From a virus (Duplodnaviria > Caudoviricetes), in IMG/VR virus record IMGVR_UViG_3300032274_000009, positions 1 through 47,133 of that record: DNA of 47,133 bases. One strand, 5' to 3'. The translations under genes and the position numbers were made by a program. Positions within the stretch are counted from its first letter, which is position 1, and every line of letters begins with the position of its first letter. Under the pieces are notes generated by a model. The model did not search any database, had not been told where the DNA came from, and worked only from the letters and a program-made list of their open reading frames with translations. Below are positions 17,167 through 26,083 of this stretch, piece by piece.

Positions 17167-17619
17167 TCAGTCCTCCACCGGCTGAATGTAGGTCCCGTTC
17201 ACGCACCAGACCGACCCCGCAGGTGGGGCTCCGTCAGGCGTTAGGGTTTCGGGGACTTTGACCTGGGGGCCTTCTTCTTCTTGGCCGGCTTCTTCAGGAT
17301 CGTCGTGATCAGTTCGTTCATGGCGTAGATCGCTCCCTCCAGGTGCTGCACCCGGTCCTCTAGGACCCGGTGAGCTTCCTCGTGCTGGCGCTTCGTCTTG
17401 ATCTGCATGGTCGTGTCTCACGTAAGTGGTGGGGGTTTGCTCATAGGAATCCACGAGGACACGAAATGTGCCCAGCACGGTCTTGAGCTGGTTGACTTCT
17501 TTCTCGAGGTCGAGGATCACGAGGTTCTTACTAGCCTCGCCAATCTCGATCCCTTCCTTCAAGCCCTGGGCGTAGCCTTCCTGATAGGAGGGCAGGGGTG
17601 GGTGCTCGGGCTCGCTCAT
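17167..17619 (-). CDS. Hypothetical protein (150 aa)
   Basis: ATGA-coupled to the portal stop; YQEGYAQGLKEG motif and coiled coil. Confidence 0.55.
   Translation of the reverse strand: MSEPEHPPLPSYQEGYAQGLKEGIEIGEASKNLVILDLEKEVNQLKTVLGTFRVLVDSYEQTPTTYVRHDHADQDEAPARGSSPGPRGPGAAPGGSDLRHERTDHDDPEEAGQEEEGPQVKVPETLTPDGAPPAGSVWCVNGTYIQPVED
17241..17408 (-). CDS. Nested alternative-frame ORF (55 aa, MQIKTKRQHEEAHRVLEDRVQHLEGAIYAMNELITTILKKPAKKKK...)
   Basis: Codon usage typical of this phage and a heptad pattern, inside 17167-17619. Confidence 0.4.
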   Translation of the reverse strand: MQIKTKRQHEEAHRVLEDRVQHLEGAIYAMNELITTILKKPAKKKKAPRSKSPKP

Positions 17620-19691
17620 TGACTAGGCCCTTCTGCTCCGGGTTGCGGCGGCGGGGGAGGGCTCAACTCCACCCGCTCGTCAAGAGGCACGTCGAAGCTG
17701 TCTTGCGCCATGTTAATGATCTGGTTGGCCGTCTCGAAGTCCCCCGCCTGGAGGGCAATCGGCAGGACCGTCTGGCTGATCTTGTCAGCGTAGGCTTGCT
17801 TGGCTTCCTTGTTGATCGGGACGCTGGAGCCCGCCGCGATCTCGTAGGACATTTCCCGCATGACCTCTTCAGCCGTCATGCCTGCGGTGTCTTCCCAGAC
17901 CCGCTCAACAGTGACCGGGGCAATCGAGACCGCCATAGGCAGCCCGTCTTCTTCCGCCGTGACCCCCCCACCGAGGATCACGTTGGCGAGGCCAATGACC
18001 CTAGGGTCCTCCGAGACCTTCAGGTCCTCGACCAGGCCGAGGGCCGCTTGGTGTGCGTCCTCGGGGTTCATGAAGTAGTTGGCCGCGCCGGGGCTCAGGT
18101 CCGCGAGGGTCAAGGCCCTGTTGTCCTCGTCCTCTTCCATGCGTGGCGTATCTGACAAATCACGGACCTGGATCACGCCGGCACCCGGCACCTCCACGGA
18201 CACGAAGAACATGCCAATGTGCTCCGCACGGACGTAGGGCTCCACGTCCTCGGGCTCGAGCATGAGCCGCACAATGATCGCTTCGTTCCGGGCCGCGTCG
18301 GTGGAGAGCTCGTCCGTCCGTTGCTTGAGGTCCGCGACACGGGCCCCTGCGGCTTCGTTCCGCATTTGGCTGGCCGTGGCGCTCCGGTCCTGGGCTCCGC
18401 TGTCGGCTCCACCCGTGAGGACCTGTGTGACCCCGGTGGTCTTCTCGACCTGCTCCTCTAGGTAGGCCCGCTCTTGCGCGGACTCCACGTCCCCCTGACC
18501 GAACTCCACGACATGGACCAGGCTGGCGAGCGGAGCGCCGGGGTCCTTCTTGATCGAGAGGATCTCGGCCATGGAGCCGTTCTTGATCCGCCTCTGCTCG
18601 ACCTCGGAGATCGTGTCGTCCACCAGGACCACGAGCCGGTCCCGGTTGATTGCGCTGTTGAAGCGCGCGGTCGCCAAGAGGTCGATCCCCTTCTGGAGGG
18701 GAAGAACCTGCCCTGCCGTGGACTCGGGCCAGGGCTCGTCGAGGGGCTCGTTGTAGTCCGTGTAGGCGAGGGGCCACCCCTCGTCCAGGTAGAGCGGGAC
18801 CTCCCAGTCCCCTTCCGCCAGCGGGACCTCGTGGTCGAGGACGATTTCCAGGCGCACGAAGTCCTGGTCGTCCTTGGACTTCTTCTCGCCCTCACGGAGG
18901 AACTTCGTCCCCCGGATACCCCGGCCCATTTTGGAGTAGACCACCCAGTAGGTCAGACGGTCTGCGCTTTGGGGCACCCCGTTCTCGTCGGAGGGCTCCC
19001 CGTCAATGTTCTGGGCCTCAGCGCCGGTCTGGAGCTCGGGGGAATACTTGAGCTTCTTGTATCGCCACTTCTCAGGGACTCGACGCTCGGTCTCCCAGAA
19101 GGGCTCCCGGTATCGCACGGCCACCCACTTCGCCTCCTCAAGGGTGTCGAAGTCGGGGTCGAAGACCACGTTGAGGGACGACAGGTAGCGGCTGTGGACG
19201 AGGTTCCGGCTCTCGTTGTAGACCTGCTGAAGGAAGGCCCTGCCTCGGATCAAACCGTCCGAAACGCTCTTGCGTGTGTGGCGCGCGAGGTTGCACTCCC
19301 GGGCCGTGTAGTTCAGATACTCCTCGAGCACCCGGGCCAGGGCGATCATGACCCCGTCCCCCGTGGTCGGGGTGAGTTCCCGGTGGGGCTTGGCGTAGGT
19401 CAGGCGCGGGGCGAGGGAGTTCCGCATTTGCGGGACGAGGGGCACGGAGATCACCGCGGAGCCCTGGGCGCTGAGGACGAAGTCCTGCGTGTCGGCGTGG
19501 TCGAAGAGACCCCGGTGGGAGTTCTTGAGGAACTGGGCCACCTCCTCTGCCGTCTCTTTATAGGCCTTCTGGGCCTCGAGGCCCGCGCGAATGCGCTGCG
19601 TCCAAAACGACGCGAGGCGTCGGTCTAGGGACCCACTCTGCTTCCGGGGCTTGGGGGCGTCGGTCTTCTTGCGCTTGCGTCTACGTGCCAT
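17616..19691 (-). CDS. Portal protein
   Basis: 691 aa directly after TerL; W..RI start, VVFDPD, KTTGV..VL.G......RSATASQMR motifs of P22-like portals. Confidence 0.8.
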   Translation of the reverse strand: MARRRKRKKTDAPKPRKQSGSLDRRLASFWTQRIRAGLEAQKAYKETAEEVAQFLKNSHRGLFDHADTQDFVLSAQGSAVISVPLVPQMRNSLAPRLTYAKPHRELTPTTGDGVMIALARVLEEYLNYTARECNLARHTRKSVSDGLIRGRAFLQQVYNESRNLVHSRYLSSLNVVFDPDFDTLEEAKWVAVRYREPFWETERRVPEKWRYKKLKYSPELQTGAEAQNIDGEPSDENGVPQSADRLTYWVVYSKMGRGIRGTKFLREGEKKSKDDQDFVRLEIVLDHEVPLAEGDWEVPLYLDEGWPLAYTDYNEPLDEPWPESTAGQVLPLQKGIDLLATARFNSAINRDRLVVLVDDTISEVEQRRIKNGSMAEILSIKKDPGAPLASLVHVVEFGQGDVESAQERAYLEEQVEKTTGVTQVLTGGADSGAQDRSATASQMRNEAAGARVADLKQRTDELSTDAARNEAIIVRLMLEPEDVEPYVRAEHIGMFFVSVEVPGAGVIQVRDLSDTPRMEEDEDNRALTLADLSPGAANYFMNPEDAHQAALGLVEDLKVSEDPRVIGLANVILGGGVTAEEDGLPMAVSIAPVTVERVWEDTAGMTAEEVMREMSYEIAAGSSVPINKEAKQAYADKISQTVLPIALQAGDFETANQIINMAQDSFDVPLDERVELSPPPPPQPGAEGPSQ

Positions 19692-19699
19692 AGGAGTTC

Positions 19700-21574
19700 C
19701 TAGAGGAAGTATCCACCCTCGTTGCGGGGCCGTGCGTTCTGCTCTTTGAGCTCGCGCTCAAACTTGAGGTAGTCCCGCCAGGCCGGGCCCGGGTCGTGGG
19801 TCGCTTCTTCCTCAAGGGCCGGAAGATCCTCGAAGTCGGGGCACTGAGTAAGCCCGATTGCCAGAGCCATGATTCTGTCGTCATGGTTCCCTCCAACGGC
19901 CCGATACTCGCCGTCACGGTCTGGGTTGTCGCTACCGCTCTTGGGAACCCAGACGAAGGATTCCATTTCTCGCCACAGCCCGGCGTCGGGGCAGACGAGG
20001 TGTTTGTCCCGGCAATTCCGAGCCAGGCGCTTCAGCATAGCACGCCGGTTGCCCCGATTTGTGTTGAACCCCGGGGTAGGACCCCGTTTGGCCTCGCGCT
20101 TCTCGGCCACGAAGTAGTAGTAGAGGTTCCGGTAGGCCTTACGGTGGAGGCGTTTGACGGTCGCGGGGTTGTAGTTGTTCTCCACGATCAGGAGGGCGAA
20201 GTTGTAGAACTCGGCGAGGTCGATCAGGTCGTCTGCGAAGTGGTCCCACTCAAAATGCCCGTGGATCGTGGCGCAGACCTCGAGGGTGTCCTTGTTGATC
20301 ACATACCCGCAGGACGGGTCGCTCTGGGCCTTGTCACCTCCTACGTCAGCGCTGAGGACGTAGGTCCCGTCCGTGCGAGGCCACTGCCAAATTTTGAACG
20401 GTCCCGTCTCGTCGGGGAAGAACTCCCCGTCTAGGAGGCGACCCCGGGCCTTCGGAGGTGCGCTCTGCTTCCGATACCAGTCAATGGTCGTGGTGGCGAA
20501 CATGCTGCTCGCGCTGGCGGTGAAGGCCTCCTCGTAGAAGGTCGGGTAGTAGCGCTTGAACTCGTCCGGGTCCCCGTTGCAGAGGTTCTTGATCGCCCAC
20601 CTGCGCCAGATCAACTGCTTGTTCGTCAGCTTGTGCTTGTAGCGGTAGCGCCTGTTCTGGTCCGTGACCTCCTCTTCTGCCAGACGGGCCCGCAGGGACT
20701 CCTCCTCGGAGGTGATCTGGAACCTGCCCGGGTCATTACCCCCGGACTCCATGATCTTCCTGCGATACTCCGGCCAGGACATGGAGTATTCAGGCGTCAG
20801 GATCCACGGAATGAACAGCAGCTGCATGGTGGATCCTGAGTTGGGGTCCCGTGCGTCCTCTGCCAAGGGCCAGAAGAATCCGTCCTTACCGTTCGCCGTG
20901 CTCTCGTGGACGATCATGCGCCAACGGTCGGTGGCGACACCCTGCTGAATGGAGGCCGTGGCCTTGTGGGCGTTCACGCCCTTGTCCGTGAAGTTGGCCG
21001 ACTCGGTGTAGTGGATCGCGTTGATTGACTCGCCCTTGCCCAAGGCGTCGCCCGTCTTGATCGTCCCCCCCTGGTTTGAGCTCTCTGTCTCCCAGACGAT
21101 CTTGAGGCGCTGCTCCTCCACGAGGTGGGGTTTACCCCAGGGGCCCTTGTCTAACTGGCGCAGGAAGGTCTGGAGCTTGCCGAAGACCGCCCCCGCGGCC
21201 CTCTCGTCATGCGCGATAGTCGAGACCTTGTGGCCCGGCCTGAGTTCGCACAGGGCCGTGTTGATCCCGATCCAATAGGTGCTGCTGCCGTGCTGCCGAC
21301 ACTTCACCTGGACCACCTCGACCGGGAGCCCGAGGTAGTGGCGTTCCGCCACGAACTGGCTGAGGATCCTCTGGGAGGCGTTCATGTGGAACGGCTCGAT
21401 CTTGCCGCTCTTGGTCCGAATCTTCAGGAAGGTCTCGAACCAGTTGAAGACCGTGCAAATGAACTTCAGGCGCTGGACCCCCTCGGCGTCGGGGAGGGCC
21501 AACTTCCCCTTGATCCGCCACTTCCCTGGGGCGTCTCTGACGAGGAGGTCCTTCAAGACTGGGCTTTCAGCCAC
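19700..21574 (-). CDS. terL: Terminase large subunit
   Basis: Walker A KCRQHGSST, HESTANG coupling motif, nuclease motifs VLSADVG, VENN and HDDRIMALAIG. Confidence 0.92.
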   Translation of the reverse strand: MAESPVLKDLLVRDAPGKWRIKGKLALPDAEGVQRLKFICTVFNWFETFLKIRTKSGKIEPFHMNASQRILSQFVAERHYLGLPVEVVQVKCRQHGSSTYWIGINTALCELRPGHKVSTIAHDERAAGAVFGKLQTFLRQLDKGPWGKPHLVEEQRLKIVWETESSNQGGTIKTGDALGKGESINAIHYTESANFTDKGVNAHKATASIQQGVATDRWRMIVHESTANGKDGFFWPLAEDARDPNSGSTMQLLFIPWILTPEYSMSWPEYRRKIMESGGNDPGRFQITSEEESLRARLAEEEVTDQNRRYRYKHKLTNKQLIWRRWAIKNLCNGDPDEFKRYYPTFYEEAFTASASSMFATTTIDWYRKQSAPPKARGRLLDGEFFPDETGPFKIWQWPRTDGTYVLSADVGGDKAQSDPSCGYVINKDTLEVCATIHGHFEWDHFADDLIDLAEFYNFALLIVENNYNPATVKRLHRKAYRNLYYYFVAEKREAKRGPTPGFNTNRGNRRAMLKRLARNCRDKHLVCPDAGLWREMESFVWVPKSGSDNPDRDGEYRAVGGNHDDRIMALAIGLTQCPDFEDLPALEEEATHDPGPAWRDYLKFERELKEQNARPRNEGGYFL

Positions 21575-21837
21575 GCCGCCTTGGCGTCTACGACGGGTGC
21601 TGCCGGGGCCGAGGTCGCGAGTTCCTTCCGCAACTTACTCAGACCCGAGGTGATTGAGAGCACGTTCTTCCAGGTGTCGCCCCCGTGCCGGGTCCCGCCC
21701 TTGGCGTTGGTCAGAATGTCGAGCTCCTCCTGAAGGAAGTTGATCGACTGCTCGATTAGGGTCCTGAGTTTGGCGTCCAGGGCCTTGGCCGACGGGGCCT
21801 TCGGGGGCTTCTTGGAATGGCGGTTGGCTCCCCTCAT
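21553..21837 (-). CDS. Candidate terminase small subunit (94 aa)
   Basis: Small helical ORF overlapping the TerL start; call is positional only. Confidence 0.4.
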   Translation of the reverse strand: MRGANRHSKKPPKAPSAKALDAKLRTLIEQSINFLQEELDILTNAKGGTRHGGDTWKNVLSITSGLSKLRKELATSAPAAPVVDAKAAWLKAQS

Positions 21838-21992
21838 GCTGTGTCCTGAAGGCAGACCCTGCCCATGCTCAAGAAGAGGGCGAAAGAGTCCGTCCACCCG
21901 TCGCCTTTGAGCACCGATAATTCGACCGGGCAGTCTGGGCCCGAGGCCGTCTCAGCGGCCTTGAGGGCTTCGATCAATTCGCGAATTGTCAT
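21834..21992 (-). CDS. Hypothetical protein (52 aa, MTIRELIEALK...)
   Basis: ATGA-coupled at both ends; too short for the ORF track. Confidence 0.65.
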   Translation of the reverse strand: MTIRELIEALKAAETASGPDCPVELSVLKGDGWTDSFALFLSMGRVCLQDTA

Positions 21993-22369
21993 GCCCCGAA
22001 CTCGTCGCCGAAGTCCTCCCGGAGCTTCCTGAAGGCGTGGCTCAACACAGGGTTGGAGACACTCTCGGCTCGGATCTGGGGCCGTGCAGGACCCCCGAAG
22101 CGCATTCGGATCCGCCTCTTACCCTCGGGGGTGTTCTTGAGGAGGATCTCAACGTGCCGGTGGGACCAAAGGAATTCCTCGTCGTCCAGGGTCATGCCTT
22201 CCGACTTCCGCTCGAGCCTCTTGACGCGGGCCGACAGGCGCTTTTCGATCTTCTGGGCGGCGTCGAGGCGCTCCGCTAGATCCTTGTTTTCGGCCTCCAG
22301 GGACTCGATACGAGCCTTCTGGACCTTTTGTAGCTGCCCTAGTTCAATCAATTGATCGGCAAAATCCAT
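21989..22369 (-). CDS. Hypothetical coiled-coil protein (126 aa)
   Basis: First gene of the leftward arm, GAGAGGGG RBS. Confidence 0.65.
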   Translation of the reverse strand: MDFADQLIELGQLQKVQKARIESLEAENKDLAERLDAAQKIEKRLSARVKRLERKSEGMTLDDEEFLWSHRHVEILLKNTPEGKRRIRMRFGGPARPQIRAESVSNPVLSHAFRKLREDFGDEFGA

Positions 22370-22396
22370 ATCCGGCCCCTCTCGCTAAGTCCCGCA

Positions 22397-22407
22397 ACGC
22401 TACCACA
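22397..22407 (-). promoter_or_regulatory. Extended -10 promoter candidate TGTGG-TAGCGT for the leftward arm
   Basis: 27 nt upstream of the first leftward ATG; 8-6-8 palindrome at 22415-22436 lies just upstream. Confidence 0.45.
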
Positions 22408-22414
22408 CTCCCGA

Positions 22415-22883
22415 GACGTAAGGCCATACTTACGTCAATGTAAATATGTTTTGCCTGGGGGATCCCCCGGTAGTTACCCCCGTTGGAGAGGCCGTCATAA
22501 GTCCTAGGGCCCCTTAGGCAAGTGTCCGAATTCGGCGTTTGCGCCCCACACTATATGTAAAAAATGTGGAGGGACCATGATCCTTTAACGCGCCGCGCTG
22601 CGGGGGCCCACCCCCCCGGGGTGCTTGCGGCCCTGGGGCGTTGAGAATGGGTCTCAATCTCATGACCAGGGCCCGGTGGTCCTCCCCCTGAGTGTAAGTG
22701 CTTGCGGTGCACGATCACGGGACGTTCGTTACGCCACCGATATCAGGAGGCGAGCGATAACGTGACCAGGTGGTCACTATATCTAGGGGGTGAGCGATAT
22801 CGCTCACCCCAGGCGTGGTAGAGGGGGGAGAGACGCAAACCGGTTTCAAAATGAAACCCTGTCAGCTTTCTGACAGGTGTCAG
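22415..22883. promoter_or_regulatory. Cluster of inverted repeats in the divergent control region
   Basis: GACGTAAG-6-CTTACGTC (22415), TTGAGA-5-TCTCAA (22641), GTGACCA-2-TGGTCAC (22762), perfect 24-bp palindrome (22787-22810), GGTTTCA-3-TGAAACC (22842), CCTGTCAG-4-CTGACAGG (22858), CTGACA-2-TGTCAG (22870). Confidence 0.75.
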
Positions 22884-22899
22884 ATCTTCAACGCATAGA

Positions 22900-22956
22900 T
22901 CTTTGAGGCTATCGATTCCTTGTGCCTAATTCTTTGAGGCTATCGATTCTTTGAGG
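22900..22956 (+). repeat. Direct repeats TCTTTGAGGCTATCGATTC x2 plus a partial third
   Basis: 19-mers at 22900 and 22931; TCTTTGAGG again at 22948. Confidence 0.85.
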
Positions 22957-22977
22957 GCCTATCTCCTTTGTTTTGCT

Positions 22978-22994
22978 TTGGCATTGTCTGTGCT
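22978..22994 (+). promoter_or_regulatory. Sigma-54 (-24/-12) promoter candidate
   Basis: TTGGCATTGTCTGTGCT has exact GG-N10-GC spacing, upstream of the first rightward gene. Confidence 0.55.
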
Positions 22995-23116
22995 CTGTAG
23001 TCCCTTGTCCTTCACCCTCTAGCCTTTGGATCCTTCATGCCCCTCTCTCCCCTGTTCACTCTCTCCGGGCCCGATTGGACTGATTCTCTCCTCTTTGATT
23101 TGTTTGGAGTTCTCTA

Positions 23117-23317
23117 ATGCCCTCTCCTCTTCGCCTTCTTCCTGAGGCCCTCGCTATCGCCTACGAAAACGGGAACAATGCCAACGTGTTCGCCTTGCTT
23201 ATGGACTCGGATCTCCCCCGCGAGAATGCTCTCGCTCTGGCCGTTCACATGTTCGAGCACATGGGCCAAGATACTCAAACTTCCTTCTCAAACTTCCTAG
23301 ACTCGCAAAGGTCCTAA
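23117..23317 (+). CDS. Hypothetical early protein (66 aa)
   Basis: GGAG RBS; first rightward ORF. Confidence 0.55.
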   Translation: MPSPLRLLPEALAIAYENGNNANVFALLMDSDLPRENALALAVHMFEHMGQDTQTSFSNFLDSQRS

Positions 23318-23318
23318 C

Positions 23319-24155
23319 ATGCGATCCCCTTCAAAAGCAGCGCTCCTGCGCTGGATTCGTGCAAACTGGGAAGATATTCGTTCCTACGCGGTTTCGCGTG
23401 GCGCCACGCGCTGCGGTCTGGCTACCTTCCCCCAGGTCCGGGCGGAATTGCTCGGGGAATCCCTCAAAGTCTGGAAGGGTGAGGCGGAAGGCTACAAGAC
23501 GGCCATTCTCTACCTCTCGCCTTCGCTTGAGTCCGGGCGCAACACCTGTGCTTGGGCTTCCGCAGGGTGCTCCGCCGCGTGTCTTGTCGGCTCCGGCCAA
23601 CTGTCCATGCAGGAAAACGCGCGACTCTGGAAAACCGCACTCTACTGGGGGTGTCGAGAGGCTTTCGAAGATTTGCTAGGGTTTGAGCTCGCCAGTCTCG
23701 AGGCTGCCTCCGTCCGGGCGGGTATGGTCCCGTGCGCGCGCCTTGACGGCACGAGCGACCTAGGGCTTGCTCGCAAATTCTCGCGCGTCTTCCCCGGTAT
23801 CCGGTTCTACGATTACACCAAAAGCCCCAAAAGGGCCCTGAAGGCTATCAACTCAGAAGCCTCTGTCACCTTCTCGTATAGCGGACACAACGGGAAAGAC
23901 GCCCGCAAGGTCTTGAAGGCTGGCGGAACGGTAGCCGTAGCCTTCAACGCGCTCCCTGCTATCAAGGGCCGGCGCGAGGCTGATACCCTGCCTTCCTCCT
24001 GGCGAGGCTTCCCTGTTATCGACGGTGACGAAACGGATCTGCGCTTCACAGACCCTAAGGGCGTTGTGGTGGGTCTCCGCTTCAAAGCTTCCGCGGACCG
24101 AGGCAAGAGGCTGAAGCTTGCGGGCCGATTCGTCCAAGCTTGCAGGAACTCTTAG
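23319..24155 (+). CDS. GP88-family protein
   Basis: ILYLSP...NTC..AS.GC...CL, RLDGTSD, FYDYTK, TFSYSG, VIDGDETDLRF.DP.GVVVGL motifs. Confidence 0.75.
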   Translation: MRSPSKAALLRWIRANWEDIRSYAVSRGATRCGLATFPQVRAELLGESLKVWKGEAEGYKTAILYLSPSLESGRNTCAWASAGCSAACLVGSGQLSMQENARLWKTALYWGCREAFEDLLGFELASLEAASVRAGMVPCARLDGTSDLGLARKFSRVFPGIRFYDYTKSPKRALKAINSEASVTFSYSGHNGKDARKVLKAGGTVAVAFNALPAIKGRREADTLPSSWRGFPVIDGDETDLRFTDPKGVVVGLRFKASADRGKRLKLAGRFVQACRNS

Positions 24156-24238
24156 GCTAGGGTTCAACGCCCCTCGCCCGGTGCAGTGCCGCGCGGGCCT
24201 ATCCTTCTCTCACCCCTGAATCTGAAAGGCTCTCAAAC

Positions 24239-24877
24239 ATGATTCGCTCCACCTCTAGGTCTCGCACAGGCGAGACCGTCTATCACAATGACCTCACCGT
24301 TACTGTCTGGGACCCCGTATCAGAACAGTGGCTCCGCGGCGACGCTAAGGGCCTCCTCAAACTGCACGCTGATACCCCTCGGTGGAGCGAAGAGGATCTC
24401 CGCCGCATGAAGATCCGCGCCAAACCTGCTCCCCTTCCCAAGCCTCCCGCGCATAGCTCCTGGCTCACCCTCTTGGAGTGGGCAGACCGTTGGGGGACTG
24501 ATCTCGTCCCCTTCACCTTGTTCTGCAGGGTGTTCCACCCTAACGGTCGCCCCCGAAACCTTTGGAACACCGTCGATAGGCTCAAGAAGCGCCTGGCGCT
24601 CAACGGCCTCAGCATTGAGACCCTGCAGGAGGGCGCCGCCTACCCCGCTTACTCTCTCCCTCGGGAGACTATTGACCACGTCCGCGCTTACTTCTTCGCC
24701 TGGGATACTGCGCGGACCGCAAACGAGGACGACAACCCCGAGCTTCTCAATGCTGCGTTGAGGGACCTCCTCCGTTTGAACAAGCCGAACCCCGTGAAGA
24801 GGGACCGCAAAGACCGTCGGGCCGAATACCGGGCTCGCTACCAGCGGCGCAAGCGCGCGCGTGAGGCCCAGGCATGA
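24239..24877 (+). CDS. Hypothetical protein (212 aa)
   Basis: Long ORF with GAAAGG RBS, ATGA-coupled to the next gene. Confidence 0.6.
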   Translation: MIRSTSRSRTGETVYHNDLTVTVWDPVSEQWLRGDAKGLLKLHADTPRWSEEDLRRMKIRAKPAPLPKPPAHSSWLTLLEWADRWGTDLVPFTLFCRVFHPNGRPRNLWNTVDRLKKRLALNGLSIETLQEGAAYPAYSLPRETIDHVRAYFFAWDTARTANEDDNPELLNAALRDLLRLNKPNPVKRDRKDRRAEYRARYQRRKRAREAQA

Positions 24878-25110
24878 CCGTCAATAACCCGCAAGTTTTG
24901 TCGGCTCTGCTGAACGACACTCTGCCTCACCTTCTCCGCGCTGTCCTCAAGGCTCAAGGTATCTCCCGAACGGACATGTCCCTCCTGACCGGGATCCCCG
25001 AGGGGACTGTAGGTTCATGGACCTCCCGAGCCCTCCTCCGCCCCGAGGTCAAGGTCTGGCCCCTACACGTTGAGGCTCTGGTCGAGTTTCTGGAGGCCTT
25101 CGCAGCGTGA
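24874..25110 (+). CDS. Putative helix-turn-helix DNA-binding protein
   Basis: LRAVLKAQGISRTDMSLLTGIPEGTVGSW fits the XRE/Cro HTH pattern. Confidence 0.55.
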   Translation: MTVNNPQVLSALLNDTLPHLLRAVLKAQGISRTDMSLLTGIPEGTVGSWTSRALLRPEVKVWPLHVEALVEFLEAFAA

Positions 25111-25125
25111 CCGTCTACTCTGATT

Positions 25126-25866
25126 ATGCTATGTGGGCACGGAAGAACCTCAGCAAGGGGGCCTCCCTTGGTTTATAGCTACCTCCGCGCCAGCACCGCC
25201 GGCCAAGAGGTCTCCATTGAGGCTCAAAGCGACCAAATCCTCGCCTACTGCCGCGTCAGGGGGCTCTCTACCCCTGTTGCCTTTGAGGATCCCGCAACCT
25301 CAAGCCGGAGGCCTTTCGCCCTCCGGAGGGCAGGGGGCGCCTTGGCCCGAACCGTCCGGGCGGGTGACCACGTCGTGGTCGCGAAGCTGGATAGGGCCTG
25401 GCGATCCGTCACAGGCTGCCTAACGACCGTTCAGCACTTTTCCGACCTAGGGGTCACATTACACCTCGTGGACCTAGGAGGGGCCTCTCTGGACCTCTCA
25501 ACGGCTATGGGCCGTCTGTTCCTCACAATGGCCGCTGCCTTCGCCGAATTCGAACGCTCCGCTATCAGCGAGCGGACCAAAGCCGGTCTGGCCGTCGTCA
25601 AAGCCCGGGGCCAGCGCCTTGGGGGGACCCCTTGGGCCGAAACCGTCCAGGGGGCTTGGACCCTGCCGGCCGTCCTGCGCCTGCGACGGGCCCTCGGATC
25701 CGACCGGGCAGCCTCCCGAGCTCTCAACCTTCGCCTCGCCCCTGCGGGGCGGGACGCCTACACCCCCTCGGCTCTTACCCCGCCAAAGGGAACGGTCTGG
25801 ACTCACTGCAAGGTAGGCCACGCTCGACGCCGTTCGGAGGCGCTGCAAGAAAATCAGCGCAAATAA
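25126..25866 (+). CDS. Serine recombinase, resolvase/invertase family (start may be TTG at 25168)
   Basis: Y.RAST..Q catalytic motif, GDHVVVAKLDRAWRS, AFAEFERSAISERTKAGL...KARG..LG. Confidence 0.92.
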   Translation: MLCGHGRTSARGPPLVYSYLRASTAGQEVSIEAQSDQILAYCRVRGLSTPVAFEDPATSSRRPFALRRAGGALARTVRAGDHVVVAKLDRAWRSVTGCLTTVQHFSDLGVTLHLVDLGGASLDLSTAMGRLFLTMAAAFAEFERSAISERTKAGLAVVKARGQRLGGTPWAETVQGAWTLPAVLRLRRALGSDRAASRALNLRLAPAGRDAYTPSALTPPKGTVWTHCKVGHARRRSEALQENQRK

Positions 25867-26065
25867 CGTCTGCCGGGCCTGCTCCCCCCCATGTGTTTCT
25901 CCAAACGTTTCTCTTCCCTTTAATAGAATTTAAAAGAAGATATGGAAACCGCTTGGGGGGGCTGCCTCCTAACCCCTTTCTCCCACGGCATTTATTGCAC
26001 CGGGGTAACTGCAAAAAACGCCCGCCTAGTTCTTTGCGGAAAGAGGACCGCGCACGGACGGGGAA

Positions 26066-26076
26066 TGTGGTAGGCT
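26066..26076 (+). promoter_or_regulatory. Extended -10 promoter candidate TGTGG-TAGGCT (leaderless geometry)
   Basis: 7 nt upstream of ATG 26084, no SD sequence. Confidence 0.5.
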
Positions 26077-26083
26077 GCTCGGT

